Shown: positions 28,593-38,710 of the stretch, piece by piece
Position numbering within the stretch: the stretch's first letter is position 1
How the letters are laid out: every line of letters starts with the position of its first letter
DNA from: an uncultured virus (IMG/VR IMGVR_UViG_3300022856_000004)
Lineage: Duplodnaviria > Heunggongvirae > Uroviricota > Caudoviricetes
Direction: 5' to 3' (one strand)
Length of the DNA: 64,000 nt
IMG/VR virus record: IMGVR_UViG_3300022856_000004
The notes under the pieces: model-generated
What the model saw: only the letters and a program-made list of their open reading frames with translations
Database searches by the model: none
Told to the model about the DNA's origin: nothing
Position numbers and translations under genes: made by a program

Positions 28593-28928
28593 TTAACGTT
28601 CATGTTCTATATTGTTTAATGATTCTTCCATTTTATTCAGTTGGTTTGTTAATGTAGTGTTATTAGCAGCTGCACTTTCCAAATTCATCTTTAATTCTTT
28701 AACTTCTGATTTGTTGTATATTTCTTCTAAATGTAATATACGTTCTTTTATATCATTATCTGCTAATATAAGTCTCTCATGACGTTTATCAGTTCTATCT
28801 TGTAAAGCTGTAAAATTCCAATATATAGTTGATAATGTAAATGTTGCTGACACTAACATTGAAGTCCACAATGCAATTGCACCGATGCTTATATTTATTT
28901 TTTTATTGAATTCTTCTATATTTGCCAC
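28593..28928 (-). CDS. Single-TM coiled-coil protein
   Basis: N-terminal hydrophobic helix plus heptad tail. Confidence 0.65.
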   Translation of the reverse strand: MANIEEFNKKINISIGAIALWTSMLVSATFTLSTIYWNFTALQDRTDKRHERLILADNDIKERILHLEEIYNKSEVKELKMNLESAAANNTTLTNQLNKMEESLNNIEHER

Positions 28929-28941
28929 TTTAAATCCAAAT

Positions 28942-29625
28942 TTATGATTTGATTCTGCCTTTTTGTCCGTATATCATTTTGATTTGACCTTTGCTTAATT
29001 TAACACCATAAGCTCTAATATTACATAATGCTCCATCTAACGAACCACTTGCTTTATAATCATCTCTTGTACCGATTAATAAAACATTTGTACTATCCAC
29101 TTTCGCATTACCTGTAAAAGTAAATGAATAAACAGAGTTACCGTCTTTAAATGTTTCTAAATTTAAAGAGTCAAATGTCGCTACATAATGATACCAAACA
29201 CTATTAGAAAAAGTCCAGTTATTATCTGAAAGATGTCTAGGAGTAGAGCTACCGTCATAAGAATATTGTCCTATTGATTTCGGCGAACTATTGCTTTGTA
29301 TTAAAATAGATGCTTGGCTATCTGTACTAAATCCACTTATAAAACCTCTTGTAGTTGAACTTGCATCGTGGTAAATATGGAACATTATAGTCCCTTGATT
29401 ATTCATATAACCAGCTATATTATTTAATACTGAACTTACAAGACTTAAATATTTATTCCCTGCTCCTGTAAAATCAAATGCTCTATTACTTTCTCCATTT
29501 ACACCTGCTCTAAATCCAACTGAACCTGTATTAGTAATAGTGTGATTATTAACAGAATTATCATTTGATGTATTATTACCAATAATATTAGTATAAGGTC
29601 TTCTCGCTATCTGCCCAAATATCAT
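28942..29625 (-). CDS. LamG/concanavalin-like lectin-domain protein (candidate receptor-binding tip)
   Basis: WYHYVATFD, FKDG, LIG and LDGALCNIRAY motifs. Confidence 0.75.
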   Translation of the reverse strand: MIFGQIARRPYTNIIGNNTSNDNSVNNHTITNTGSVGFRAGVNGESNRAFDFTGAGNKYLSLVSSVLNNIAGYMNNQGTIMFHIYHDASSTTRGFISGFSTDSQASILIQSNSSPKSIGQYSYDGSSTPRHLSDNNWTFSNSVWYHYVATFDSLNLETFKDGNSVYSFTFTGNAKVDSTNVLLIGTRDDYKASGSLDGALCNIRAYGVKLSKGQIKMIYGQKGRIKS

Positions 29626-29640
29626 ATCATATTATCCATT

Positions 29641-30210
29641 TTATAAACTAACATCATAATTATCTAATGCTGAGCCAGATAAGGTGTGGATTGTATTTTC
29701 TTTTGCTGTTTTGACAGGTTTTATAGTTGCATAACTACCAACAAACGTCATAAAGAATATATCCCATTCCAAATCTGTAACGTATTTTTGTGATCCACTT
29801 GCATCTGTTATAGAGGCAGTTATTATATTCCGTGTATATAATTCATTCTCTGATTTTAGTTTTCTATCTTTCTCAATCGCTTGATTCCAATCTGCAATAT
29901 TCCCTTTTGTATTATCATCTAATAAGAAATGTTTAGATTGATATACTATTCCTTCGTTTATTTTATTTGTATAGTTCTCTTCTAATTGTGATATTTTTTG
30001 ATTTCTTATTTGTTCTACTGAAACTTCTGGTATTGTTCCGTTGAAAACATAATCATAATTCTTTTGAGAATACACTATGTCATTAAACCGTGTTAAATCG
30101 GCTTCTTCTAATAATCTATAAGTCCAGTTTCCATTTGGATATAAATTACTAACTTGATTTTCATTAAAATCTATAAATTGATTTGCTTTTCTAAAATAAT
30201 ATTTAGGCAT
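29641..30210 (-). CDS. Tail-fibre assembly/chaperone-like protein (DUF4376-like)
   Basis: EQIRNQKISQL...GIVYQ pattern, located in the fibre cluster. Confidence 0.5.
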   Translation of the reverse strand: MPKYYFRKANQFIDFNENQVSNLYPNGNWTYRLLEEADLTRFNDIVYSQKNYDYVFNGTIPEVSVEQIRNQKISQLEENYTNKINEGIVYQSKHFLLDDNTKGNIADWNQAIEKDRKLKSENELYTRNIITASITDASGSQKYVTDLEWDIFFMTFVGSYATIKPVKTAKENTIHTLSGSALDNYDVSL

Positions 30211-30223
30211 TTCTAAACTCCTT

Positions 30224-30589
30224 TTATTCGATTGGTGATACTATGATTCTTATATCGCCATTTACATTTTTATATAAATTCCCTACTAATGTTTCTGAAC
30301 CTGAAACTGGTATTGATGCTCCAAAATTATCCATTGCATTTGTTATGTCATTCGTTATAGTCATAGTTTCCGAACCTGTTGGTTGTATTTCATAATAATA
30401 TAATCTATCATCTTTTATTGAACCAGTTGATATACTATTAAAATTGAAATTACCATTACCATAAATATAAAATTTATTATATTCATTTAATTGTTCTGAT
30501 TGATTTGAGGTTGTTGATGCTGATATTATTAACCAACTTCCATCCCAAGCTCTATCTTCTATTAATTTACTATTTATTCTTCTAATCAT
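30224..30589 (-). CDS. Stand-alone paralogue of the tail-fibre C-terminal domain
   Basis: DNFGASIPVSGSE...LYKNVNGDI...PIE aligns with the fibre end DNFGGSFILSGSE...LFKDGDGEI...PTE. Confidence 0.75.
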   Translation of the reverse strand: MIRRINSKLIEDRAWDGSWLIISASTTSNQSEQLNEYNKFYIYGNGNFNFNSISTGSIKDDRLYYYEIQPTGSETMTITNDITNAMDNFGASIPVSGSETLVGNLYKNVNGDIRIIVSPIE

Positions 30590-30621
30590 TTTATATTCTC
30601 TTTATTATAAATATATATAAT

Positions 30622-31350
30622 TTATATTCTTATTCTGCCTTTTTGCTTGTTTAGGATTGCTGCGCTCAATCCACCTAAATTTGACGAGTGTATAGTATAA
30701 TTGGACATATCCAAATCCAAATATTGATTACCACCCGTTTGATAATTAAGTCCTATTTTCACTGCTTTCCAAGATGTTACATTTGATTGTTCTCCCTGAA
30801 CATTAAAATATGTTACGGTACCAGATGATATAAAAATCCCATTCACATATAAACTTATGGTTTTATTAACTATGATGTATAGAAAATGATTCCAATTGAT
30901 TAATTCTAATTCTAATCCAACCATATCAAATGTTACCATTTTGCCAGTGAAATTGTGCCCTCCTCCATATGATGTTGAATATGGTTGTGTATATACTTGT
31001 AAAGCATCATTACTGTTCAATAAAATTGCAAAATATCGTTTGGATAAATTATCATTATTACCGTAACCGAGTATCGGATTGCTACCTACATCTGAATTCA
31101 TTTTACAGAATACTGATATAGTTTTCGTATTTGAATTTGAGGGTAATAATGTTGATGCATTATCACCGAGATCTAAATAATCAGATGATGAGAATGATCC
31201 AGCTTTATTACTTTCTCCTAATTGATTAGTTGTGAAAGTAACCCCATTATTAATGACTGAATATGAATTCATTGAAGAATCCTGTGTAGAATTATCAAAT
31301 GCTAAATTCATCTCAGGTCTTTTTGCTATATATTGTCCGAATAATGGCAT
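30622..31350 (-). CDS. LamG/concanavalin-like lectin-domain protein
   Basis: WNHF...LYVNG and KIG motifs. Paralogue of 28942..29625. Confidence 0.75.
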   Translation of the reverse strand: MPLFGQYIAKRPEMNLAFDNSTQDSSMNSYSVINNGVTFTTNQLGESNKAGSFSSSDYLDLGDNASTLLPSNSNTKTISVFCKMNSDVGSNPILGYGNNDNLSKRYFAILLNSNDALQVYTQPYSTSYGGGHNFTGKMVTFDMVGLELELINWNHFLYIIVNKTISLYVNGIFISSGTVTYFNVQGEQSNVTSWKAVKIGLNYQTGGNQYLDLDMSNYTIHSSNLGGLSAAILNKQKGRIRI

Positions 31351-34300
31351 TACTCTGTTGGACCTCCAGTAAATATTATCTCACCATCACCATCTTTGAA
31401 TAATTCAAATACACCTCTTTCACTACCACTTAATATAAATGAACCACCAAAGTTATCAAACACATTAGCATGACTATTATTTATAGTTCTATTACTTCCA
31501 TCGGTTTTAAATACAAACATATGACGAACACTTTCAACTAATGAACTTGTATTTACATAGGTCAAATCGAAATTACCATCCATTAATGTTTTTATATGAT
31601 TATATGTTCCTAATTCTAAACTACCAACTGATTCATTTGAAGATGTTATCATTTGCCATTTACTATCTAATAAATCTAATTGACTTCCAGATGATAATTG
31701 ATACCATTCTGTAGATGGATTGAAATATATAGATGATGTAGTTTCTGAATATCCTACTATTCTAAGGAATGTATTTCCAGTTGAAGGCTGTGTTGATGTT
31801 GGTCTTCCAGTTTCACTTAAATACATAACTGTTGATGGTGTCAATCCATTATATATATTACCACTATTACCCAGTTCTGAGAACGTTCCAAGTGTATTAT
31901 GTGCTACATCGGTAGTTGCCAACACTAATTTCTTAGATGATGCAACTTCCGTTAAATTAGTTGATACTTTAACACTTCCACTTTGATATACATAACATAT
32001 AGAGCCACTTGATATACTACCAGACGCTATGTATTGTGTTTCAGATTTATAAAAATCTAAATCTGTTATTTGTTGAGATGAAGAAATAGTATTTGTATCT
32101 TCTAATGAAAAATTACCAAATCCAAATCCAAATTCTTGTGCTGACCTTGAAACTTCTAAGTTGAAATTTGTTATAGACGAAGTTGTAATTGGTAAGAATT
32201 GATTAGAGCTACTAATAATATTATCACCAGTCTTCTCTAAAAACATATCATACGTTGATATTTGTGTAGATGATGATATTATATTACTTTCTATTATAGA
32301 ACCACTTATTCTAATTGTACCCGATAGTATAGTTTCTCCATCAAGTATAGCTAATCCATAATTCTTAAATGTATTTGAGCCACTAACCGTTAATGTAGAG
32401 AAATAACCACTACCACTAAATGAACCTGTGAATGAACCTGTAAGCCAAGTTGTATCTCCATCTTCTATAGAGTTTTGTGGTGCACCTGGTATTTGAGAAT
32501 AAATTATTTGTGCTGAATTTGTTATCATTGATGCAGAAGTCAATATTGATTGTGATATTATTGGTTCTATAGATCTAGCTAATTCAAATAAAGTTATAGA
32601 TCTATTATCATTATCACTTACAGATCTAAATGGGAATATATCAGTATAACCAGCTGTAGGTTTAACTATTAAATTGTTTAAGTCTAAAGAAAATTCAGTA
32701 GTAGATAAACCTAAACCACCATTTGTAGCTGCTGTGTATGTCCCACCACCACCACCACCAAATCCATATGCAGCTGCTGATTTTGAAACTTCTAAATCGA
32801 AATTATCAATTGATATAGTAGCTATACTTCCTGTAAATGAACCAGTATATTGATGTGTTGTTGATTGGAAGTATGCACCCGCAGTTGGTATTGTTATAAC
32901 GTCAGTTAATTGTTCTGATTGAGATATTATACCACTGCCACTCAGGCATTCCTCACATGATTTTGTACTAAATCCTGCATCTGTTAATGACGAAGTAAAT
33001 TGATCTGATGACGAATATATAGTTGGTTTATTAGTTATAAAATTAAAATCTATTTGTTCTGATGAAGAAACTATACCGCTGCCACTTAGACATTCACTAC
33101 AATCAAATATATCGGAGAATACACCAGATACATGAGTATAGAAGTTATCTATAGATTCAGTACCAACACTACCTGTGAATGAACCACTAAATGAACCAGA
33201 GAATGAACCACTAAAACTAAATGTATTATTACTAAATATCTCTTGTAATTGATCTGATGATGATATTATACCACTACCTTGTAAACAAGCATCACAATCT
33301 AAAATTTCAGAGTATATATTTGATATATGACCATAGAAATTATCTATAGATTCTGTACCTATACTTCCAGTGAATGAACCACTTATACTAAACACATTAT
33401 TGTTAAACATGTCTTGTAATTGACCCGATGAAGATATTATTCCACTACCATCTAAACATTCAGAACAATCAAATATATCAGAAAATACACCTGATACGTG
33501 ACTATGAAAGTCATTTATTGATTCTGTACCAATATTATATAATTCACTACCATCACCATAAAAACTACCAGTGAATGACCCCGTATATGCCAATGAATAT
33601 GATACAAATAAGTTACTTACTATTGTAGATTCTAAACCTTTACCTAAATGATAAAATGTTAATGTTTTATGTAGATTCTCATTTATATCATAAAATGCTA
33701 TTCTATCATCTTCAGTTGTCTCTGCATACGTAACCGGTTGTAAATTTGGAAATTCTAATGAAAACCGTCTTTCTAATGACATAGAAAGACCACTACCAGC
33801 CCCATTAGTTCCATATGAACCTAAAGTTTCACCATTTAACGATAAACTACCAGTGATATTAACACTACCAGTATATAGATGAGTATCATCTAATGTATCA
33901 CCGTGATTAGTAGAGCCACTCATATAACTTGTAGTTATATATGTAACTGAGCTACTAACTATAAATGTATTCGCAGTAACAGAATTAAATGTTACATTAT
34001 CTGTAGATGATAACCCTAATTGTTCTGATTGAGAAACAATCCCACTGCCATTTATTATTTGGGCTGATGATGAAACTATATTACTTTCTAAAAATACACC
34101 AGATCCAGATATATTTTGATTTCTAAAATTTATTGTTGAATCAGCTTCTTTTATATTTTTAGTACCAGTACCGGAAGTTACTAATAATATATTTGGTGCT
34201 GAAGATGTAATCATATCAACTGTACCAGTACCAGTATCAGCTGTATAGTCACTACCAATACCAACGTACCCACTATCATCTATAACTAATGGAGTATACG

Positions 34301-36071
34301 TAGTTGGTTTAGATGGTAATTCGGATGCTGTTATATCAGATATATGTATTCTTGAACCAGATTTGTAAAAATCTAAATCTATTAATTGTTGAGATGAAGA
34401 AATAGTATTTGTATCTTCTAATGAAAAATTACCAAATCCAAATTCTTGTGCTGACCTTGAAACTTCTAAATTAAAATTTGTTATAGAAGAAGTTGTTATA
34501 GGTAAGAATTGATTAGAACTAGAAAATAAACTATTTCCTATTAAGATTTGTGACGATTCAGATATTTCATATCCTAAACCTAATATTTGTATAGAAGTTG
34601 AAACAATTCCATTACCATTTAAATCTTCTATTGAAAAGTTACCAAATCCATATGTAGCTGCTGATTTTGAAACATCAGTTGAGAAATTGTCTATTTGTGA
34701 TGATGATAAGTTAGTTAATTCACTACCATCACCATAAAAACTACCAGTGAATGACCCCGTATATGCCAATGAATATGATACAAATAAGTTACTTACTATT
34801 GTAGATTCTAAACCTTTACCTAAATGATAAAATGTTAATGTTTTATGTAGATTCTCATTTATATCATAAAATGCTATTCTATCATCTTCAGTTGTCTCTG
34901 CATACGTAACCGGTTGTAAATTTGGAAATTCTAATGAAAACCGTCTTTCTAATGACATAGAAAGACCACTACCAGCCCCATTAGTTCCATATGAACCTAA
35001 AGTTTCACCATTTAACGATAAACTACCAGTGATATTAACACTACCAGTATATAGATGAGTATCATCTAATGTATCACCGTGATTAGTAGAGCCACTCATA
35101 TAACTTGTAGTTATATATGTAACTGAGCTACTAACTATAAATGTATTCGCAGTAACAGAATTAAATGTTACATTATCTGTAGATGATAACCCTAATTGTT
35201 CTGATTGAGAAACAATCCCACTGCCATTTATTATTTGGGCTGATGATGAAACTATATTACTTTCTAAAAATACACCAGATCCAGATATATTTTGATTTCT
35301 AAAATTTATTGTTGAATCAGCTTCTTTTATATTTTTAGTACCAGTACCGGAAGTTACTAATAATATATTTGGTGCTGAAGATGTAATCATATCAACTGTA
35401 CCAGTACCAGTATCAGCTGTATAGTCACTACCAATACCAATAGTTCCATCAGAATCGATTACTAATGGAGAGTATAATGATGTTTTGCTTGGTAAATCAG
35501 ATGCTGTTATATCTGATATATGTATTCTTGAACCAGATTTATAAAAATCTAAATCTGTTATTTGTTGAGATGAAGAAATAGTATTTGTATCTTCTAATGA
35601 AAAATTACCAAATCCGTTTGATTGTGCTGATCTTGAAACTTCTAAATTAAAATTTGTTATAGACGAAGTTGTTATAGGTAAGAATTGATCAGATGAAGAA
35701 AATAAACTATTTCCAATTAATATTTGTGACGATTCAGATATTTCATATCCTAAACCTAATATTTGTATAGAAGTTGAAACAATTCCATTACCATTTAAAT
35801 CTTCTATTGAAAAGTTACCAAACCCAGATGTAGCTGCTGATTTTGAAACTTCTAAGTTGAAATTTGTTATAGACGAAGTTGTTATACTAACTATATTACT
35901 ACCATTACCATAAAATGAACCAGAGAACATTTCTGCTGATGCTGTTTTAAAGTGAAGTATTGGTGGTTGTGATCCAGATCCGTCTAGTATCGATTGGTTA
36001 TCACCTGGGCTTATTTGTAGTAACCTTTGATACGTTTCGGATACTATACTACCTGATAAATCATATGACAT
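31350..36071 (-). CDS. Long Ser/Thr/Gly-rich tail fibre protein with internal duplication
   Basis: 1573 aa with many SGS/TGS and IISSS repeats, a 392-aa duplication and CxxC repeats. Confidence 0.8.
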   Translation of the reverse strand: MSYDLSGSIVSETYQRLLQISPGDNQSILDGSGSQPPILHFKTASAEMFSGSFYGNGSNIVSITTSSITNFNLEVSKSAATSGFGNFSIEDLNGNGIVSTSIQILGLGYEISESSQILIGNSLFSSSDQFLPITTSSITNFNLEVSRSAQSNGFGNFSLEDTNTISSSQQITDLDFYKSGSRIHISDITASDLPSKTSLYSPLVIDSDGTIGIGSDYTADTGTGTVDMITSSAPNILLVTSGTGTKNIKEADSTINFRNQNISGSGVFLESNIVSSSAQIINGSGIVSQSEQLGLSSTDNVTFNSVTANTFIVSSSVTYITTSYMSGSTNHGDTLDDTHLYTGSVNITGSLSLNGETLGSYGTNGAGSGLSMSLERRFSLEFPNLQPVTYAETTEDDRIAFYDINENLHKTLTFYHLGKGLESTIVSNLFVSYSLAYTGSFTGSFYGDGSELTNLSSSQIDNFSTDVSKSAATYGFGNFSIEDLNGNGIVSTSIQILGLGYEISESSQILIGNSLFSSSNQFLPITTSSITNFNLEVSRSAQEFGFGNFSLEDTNTISSSQQLIDLDFYKSGSRIHISDITASELPSKPTTYTPLVIDDSGYVGIGSDYTADTGTGTVDMITSSAPNILLVTSGTGTKNIKEADSTINFRNQNISGSGVFLESNIVSSSAQIINGSGIVSQSEQLGLSSTDNVTFNSVTANTFIVSSSVTYITTSYMSGSTNHGDTLDDTHLYTGSVNITGSLSLNGETLGSYGTNGAGSGLSMSLERRFSLEFPNLQPVTYAETTEDDRIAFYDINENLHKTLTFYHLGKGLESTIVSNLFVSYSLAYTGSFTGSFYGDGSELYNIGTESINDFHSHVSGVFSDIFDCSECLDGSGIISSSGQLQDMFNNNVFSISGSFTGSIGTESIDNFYGHISNIYSEILDCDACLQGSGIISSSDQLQEIFSNNTFSFSGSFSGSFSGSFTGSVGTESIDNFYTHVSGVFSDIFDCSECLSGSGIVSSSEQIDFNFITNKPTIYSSSDQFTSSLTDAGFSTKSCEECLSGSGIISQSEQLTDVITIPTAGAYFQSTTHQYTGSFTGSIATISIDNFDLEVSKSAAAYGFGGGGGGTYTAATNGGLGLSTTEFSLDLNNLIVKPTAGYTDIFPFRSVSDNDNRSITLFELARSIEPIISQSILTSASMITNSAQIIYSQIPGAPQNSIEDGDTTWLTGSFTGSFSGSGYFSTLTVSGSNTFKNYGLAILDGETILSGTIRISGSIIESNIISSSTQISTYDMFLEKTGDNIISSSNQFLPITTSSITNFNLEVSRSAQEFGFGFGNFSLEDTNTISSSQQITDLDFYKSETQYIASGSISSGSICYVYQSGSVKVSTNLTEVASSKKLVLATTDVAHNTLGTFSELGNSGNIYNGLTPSTVMYLSETGRPTSTQPSTGNTFLRIVGYSETTSSIYFNPSTEWYQLSSGSQLDLLDSKWQMITSSNESVGSLELGTYNHIKTLMDGNFDLTYVNTSSLVESVRHMFVFKTDGSNRTINNSHANVFDNFGGSFILSGSERGVFELFKDGDGEIIFTGGPTE
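33540..35849 (-). repeat. 1176-bp-period tandem duplication in the fibre gene
   Basis: 33540-34673 matches 34716-35849. The part 33540-34264 reads identical to 34716-35440. Confidence 0.95.
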
Positions 36072-36155
36072 TCGTTATCCTACTTGAAATATTTATTAGA
36101 TATATGAAAATATTAATATATTCTAATAATAAATATAAATTAGTTTTAATTATTC

Positions 36156-38693
36156 CTATGGTGGTGGTGGCGTAGATCCTGTGAAATCACTTACACCTGG
36201 ATTTATATATATTACTTTATCAGTTATAGCAACTCCAATTCGTTGTATATAACCATATCCACTTAACGTATAATTAATTGTACTTTTATAATTAATCTTT
36301 CCTGATGTGGATAAGAATAATTGTTGTCCAGGTGTATATGACCCATTTGGATCATATATATAACCATTAAATAATATATCTTGTACTCCAGTTGTACCAG
36401 TGAATACAATACCAACACCAACAACTCCATTTGTAACTGATGCTCTGATGTATTTTGGAACTCCAACAAATGATTGTATCCCAACAACATCCAAACCAGT
36501 AAATGTTGATATTACATCACCAGTAGTGAATAATCCAGACCCAGATGGAGTTTGTTTGAATTGTATAGGCGTTGTTATATCAGCTGTTTCTTCAGTTGTG
36601 AATGTTCCCTTATAATCATATATAGGTTCTAATTTAAATGACATAGTTGTATCAGTTAAACTACCAGACACACCATGAGATCCAGTTATAGTGAATATAG
36701 ATTCTGTTCCATTAGTTCCCTCTACAACACTAACACCATCACTTATATACCCATATGTAGTCCAAGTATCACCACCCCCACCAGATGTTACATCAACACC
36801 ATTTATCTTTAAACTTGTAGCATCTATATCTAATTTATCATTTGCAAAATCAAAAAAATTACCATCATTAGTTTGCATATAAACTCCCATATCAGAGAAT
36901 ACATGACTACTCTCAGTTATAGGGTTAGAACCAGAATATAACATAAACCCAGACTTCACATCTGGATCAAAGTTATACGATCTTATTATAGACGCACTAT
37001 TATGTTGTTCTAATTGAATACCTTTATTTATATCATCACCGATATATAAAGTTCCATTTATTATATTATCTCTACCGTTAACATACAAGTTGCTACCGTT
37101 AACATTCATTCTATCAATAGTATGATAGTATTTAGATTTGTTATTGTTCTGGTTGTAAAATTCAATTAGAAAATCTGTATCATCATCATTTATGTCATGT
37201 GGTAGTTCTATATAACAATATGTGTGTTCTGGATTAAATCCATATTTATAATATGACTTTATTGATATATCAGATATATACCACCTACCACCATTAATTC
37301 TAAATGTTGGATGTATATTGGCATCTACGTTAGGTTTGAAGTTAAACTTCATTTTACCACGATTACTATTGATTTTATTTAATATCTTCCCAACAACAAG
37401 CGACTCACCATTTCTACCTATTGGATCACCATCTATAATAATATCCATATCTGGAACACCATTACTATACTCATCTTCCAAATAATAATATTGAAATTCA
37501 AATGTGTATATATGGTCTTTGTATATTGAAACTAAATTATTAGATGATAACTTAATATCTGTACTTGATGTAACATTAGACGTATAATCAGTATATATAG
37601 ATTTATTTAAGGTTGTATTATCATAAAGTAGATCTATGGATGGTTCGGTTGTAGATATATAATTATCTATGTGTTCTTGTGAATTTATATCTCCAATTCT
37701 ATACGATGAATCTATATTAGTATTATCAACCATCAAATCGTTATATTTTAACTTTGATTTATTAACTAAGTTAAAAGTTTCATAATTACTATTTTTTGAC
37801 TTTGAAAATAACCCAATCGAATCTATAAATCCAGTATTAGGTTTTAAATTATACATTTCTATATAAAGATAAGATTTTATATCTGGTATAGATACATTAG
37901 TTCCATTATCAATATAATCAGTTGTATAAGCAACATTATATGATTTATTAGGTGTAAAGTTGGTATTGTGAATTGTACTATTTAACTTTATATGTGAATC
38001 TAGTATTATCGTATTAGAGTTAATTATACCACTTATAGTTCTGGTTATTGTATTTGTTGTTTGGAATGGTTTACTCATATCAAATGTAGAACTATTAAAA
38101 TCTAATGATATTGTTCTACCTATCAAATTAGAATTGAAATTTGCATTTGAATCTGTTAATATAGAATGTAATGATTTCTTATCTATAATTGCATTACCAG
38201 ACAGCGACAATACTCTATCTGTATCATAAGAGATACTATATTTGTTTTTTCTTTGTTCTGAATATTCTATAATTGGTGTTTTATCTACAAAAATTATCTC
38301 GGAGTTGGTGATGTGTTCTTTGTTTACTATGATATTATGATTATACTTCACAACTTTACCATCAATAGTAGTTGCTACCAAAGTTATAATCGCTATACCA
38401 TTCTTAACTTCATCAGTAATATTAACATTTATTATTCTAGATTTATCACTTAATTTCTTGGTTGATACATTATAATACACACTATTTTTATTAGAATCAG
38501 TTATATCTACTAATATACCATACTTACCATTTAAAACATTATAATTTGGATTTAATTTAATTATATTCTTACCATAACCAAACTCACGTTCTATCTCGGT
38601 AATATTAAAAAAATATGGAGAGTATAAAGTCGTGTCTAAAACATCAACCCTATAACTCCCCAAATCTTTACTTAATTTTTTATCTATTATCAT
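36156..38693 (-). CDS. Virion structural protein, fibre/baseplate-associated
   Basis: 845 aa. Its C-terminal TPG..LFLS..G...QRIG.A....IYINP domain is shared with the fibre. Confidence 0.65.
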   Translation of the reverse strand: MIIDKKLSKDLGSYRVDVLDTTLYSPYFFNITEIEREFGYGKNIIKLNPNYNVLNGKYGILVDITDSNKNSVYYNVSTKKLSDKSRIINVNITDEVKNGIAIITLVATTIDGKVVKYNHNIIVNKEHITNSEIIFVDKTPIIEYSEQRKNKYSISYDTDRVLSLSGNAIIDKKSLHSILTDSNANFNSNLIGRTISLDFNSSTFDMSKPFQTTNTITRTISGIINSNTIILDSHIKLNSTIHNTNFTPNKSYNVAYTTDYIDNGTNVSIPDIKSYLYIEMYNLKPNTGFIDSIGLFSKSKNSNYETFNLVNKSKLKYNDLMVDNTNIDSSYRIGDINSQEHIDNYISTTEPSIDLLYDNTTLNKSIYTDYTSNVTSSTDIKLSSNNLVSIYKDHIYTFEFQYYYLEDEYSNGVPDMDIIIDGDPIGRNGESLVVGKILNKINSNRGKMKFNFKPNVDANIHPTFRINGGRWYISDISIKSYYKYGFNPEHTYCYIELPHDINDDDTDFLIEFYNQNNNKSKYYHTIDRMNVNGSNLYVNGRDNIINGTLYIGDDINKGIQLEQHNSASIIRSYNFDPDVKSGFMLYSGSNPITESSHVFSDMGVYMQTNDGNFFDFANDKLDIDATSLKINGVDVTSGGGGDTWTTYGYISDGVSVVEGTNGTESIFTITGSHGVSGSLTDTTMSFKLEPIYDYKGTFTTEETADITTPIQFKQTPSGSGLFTTGDVISTFTGLDVVGIQSFVGVPKYIRASVTNGVVGVGIVFTGTTGVQDILFNGYIYDPNGSYTPGQQLFLSTSGKINYKSTINYTLSGYGYIQRIGVAITDKVIYINPGVSDFTGSTPPPP

Positions 38694-38710
38694 ATATAAT
38701 AAATATAAAT

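Noticed and set aside
28942..36071. Diversity-generating retroelement or invertible shufflon acting on the fibre tips
   Set aside because: No reverse transcriptase, recombinase, adenine-specific TR/VR pair or inverted cassette is visible in the window.
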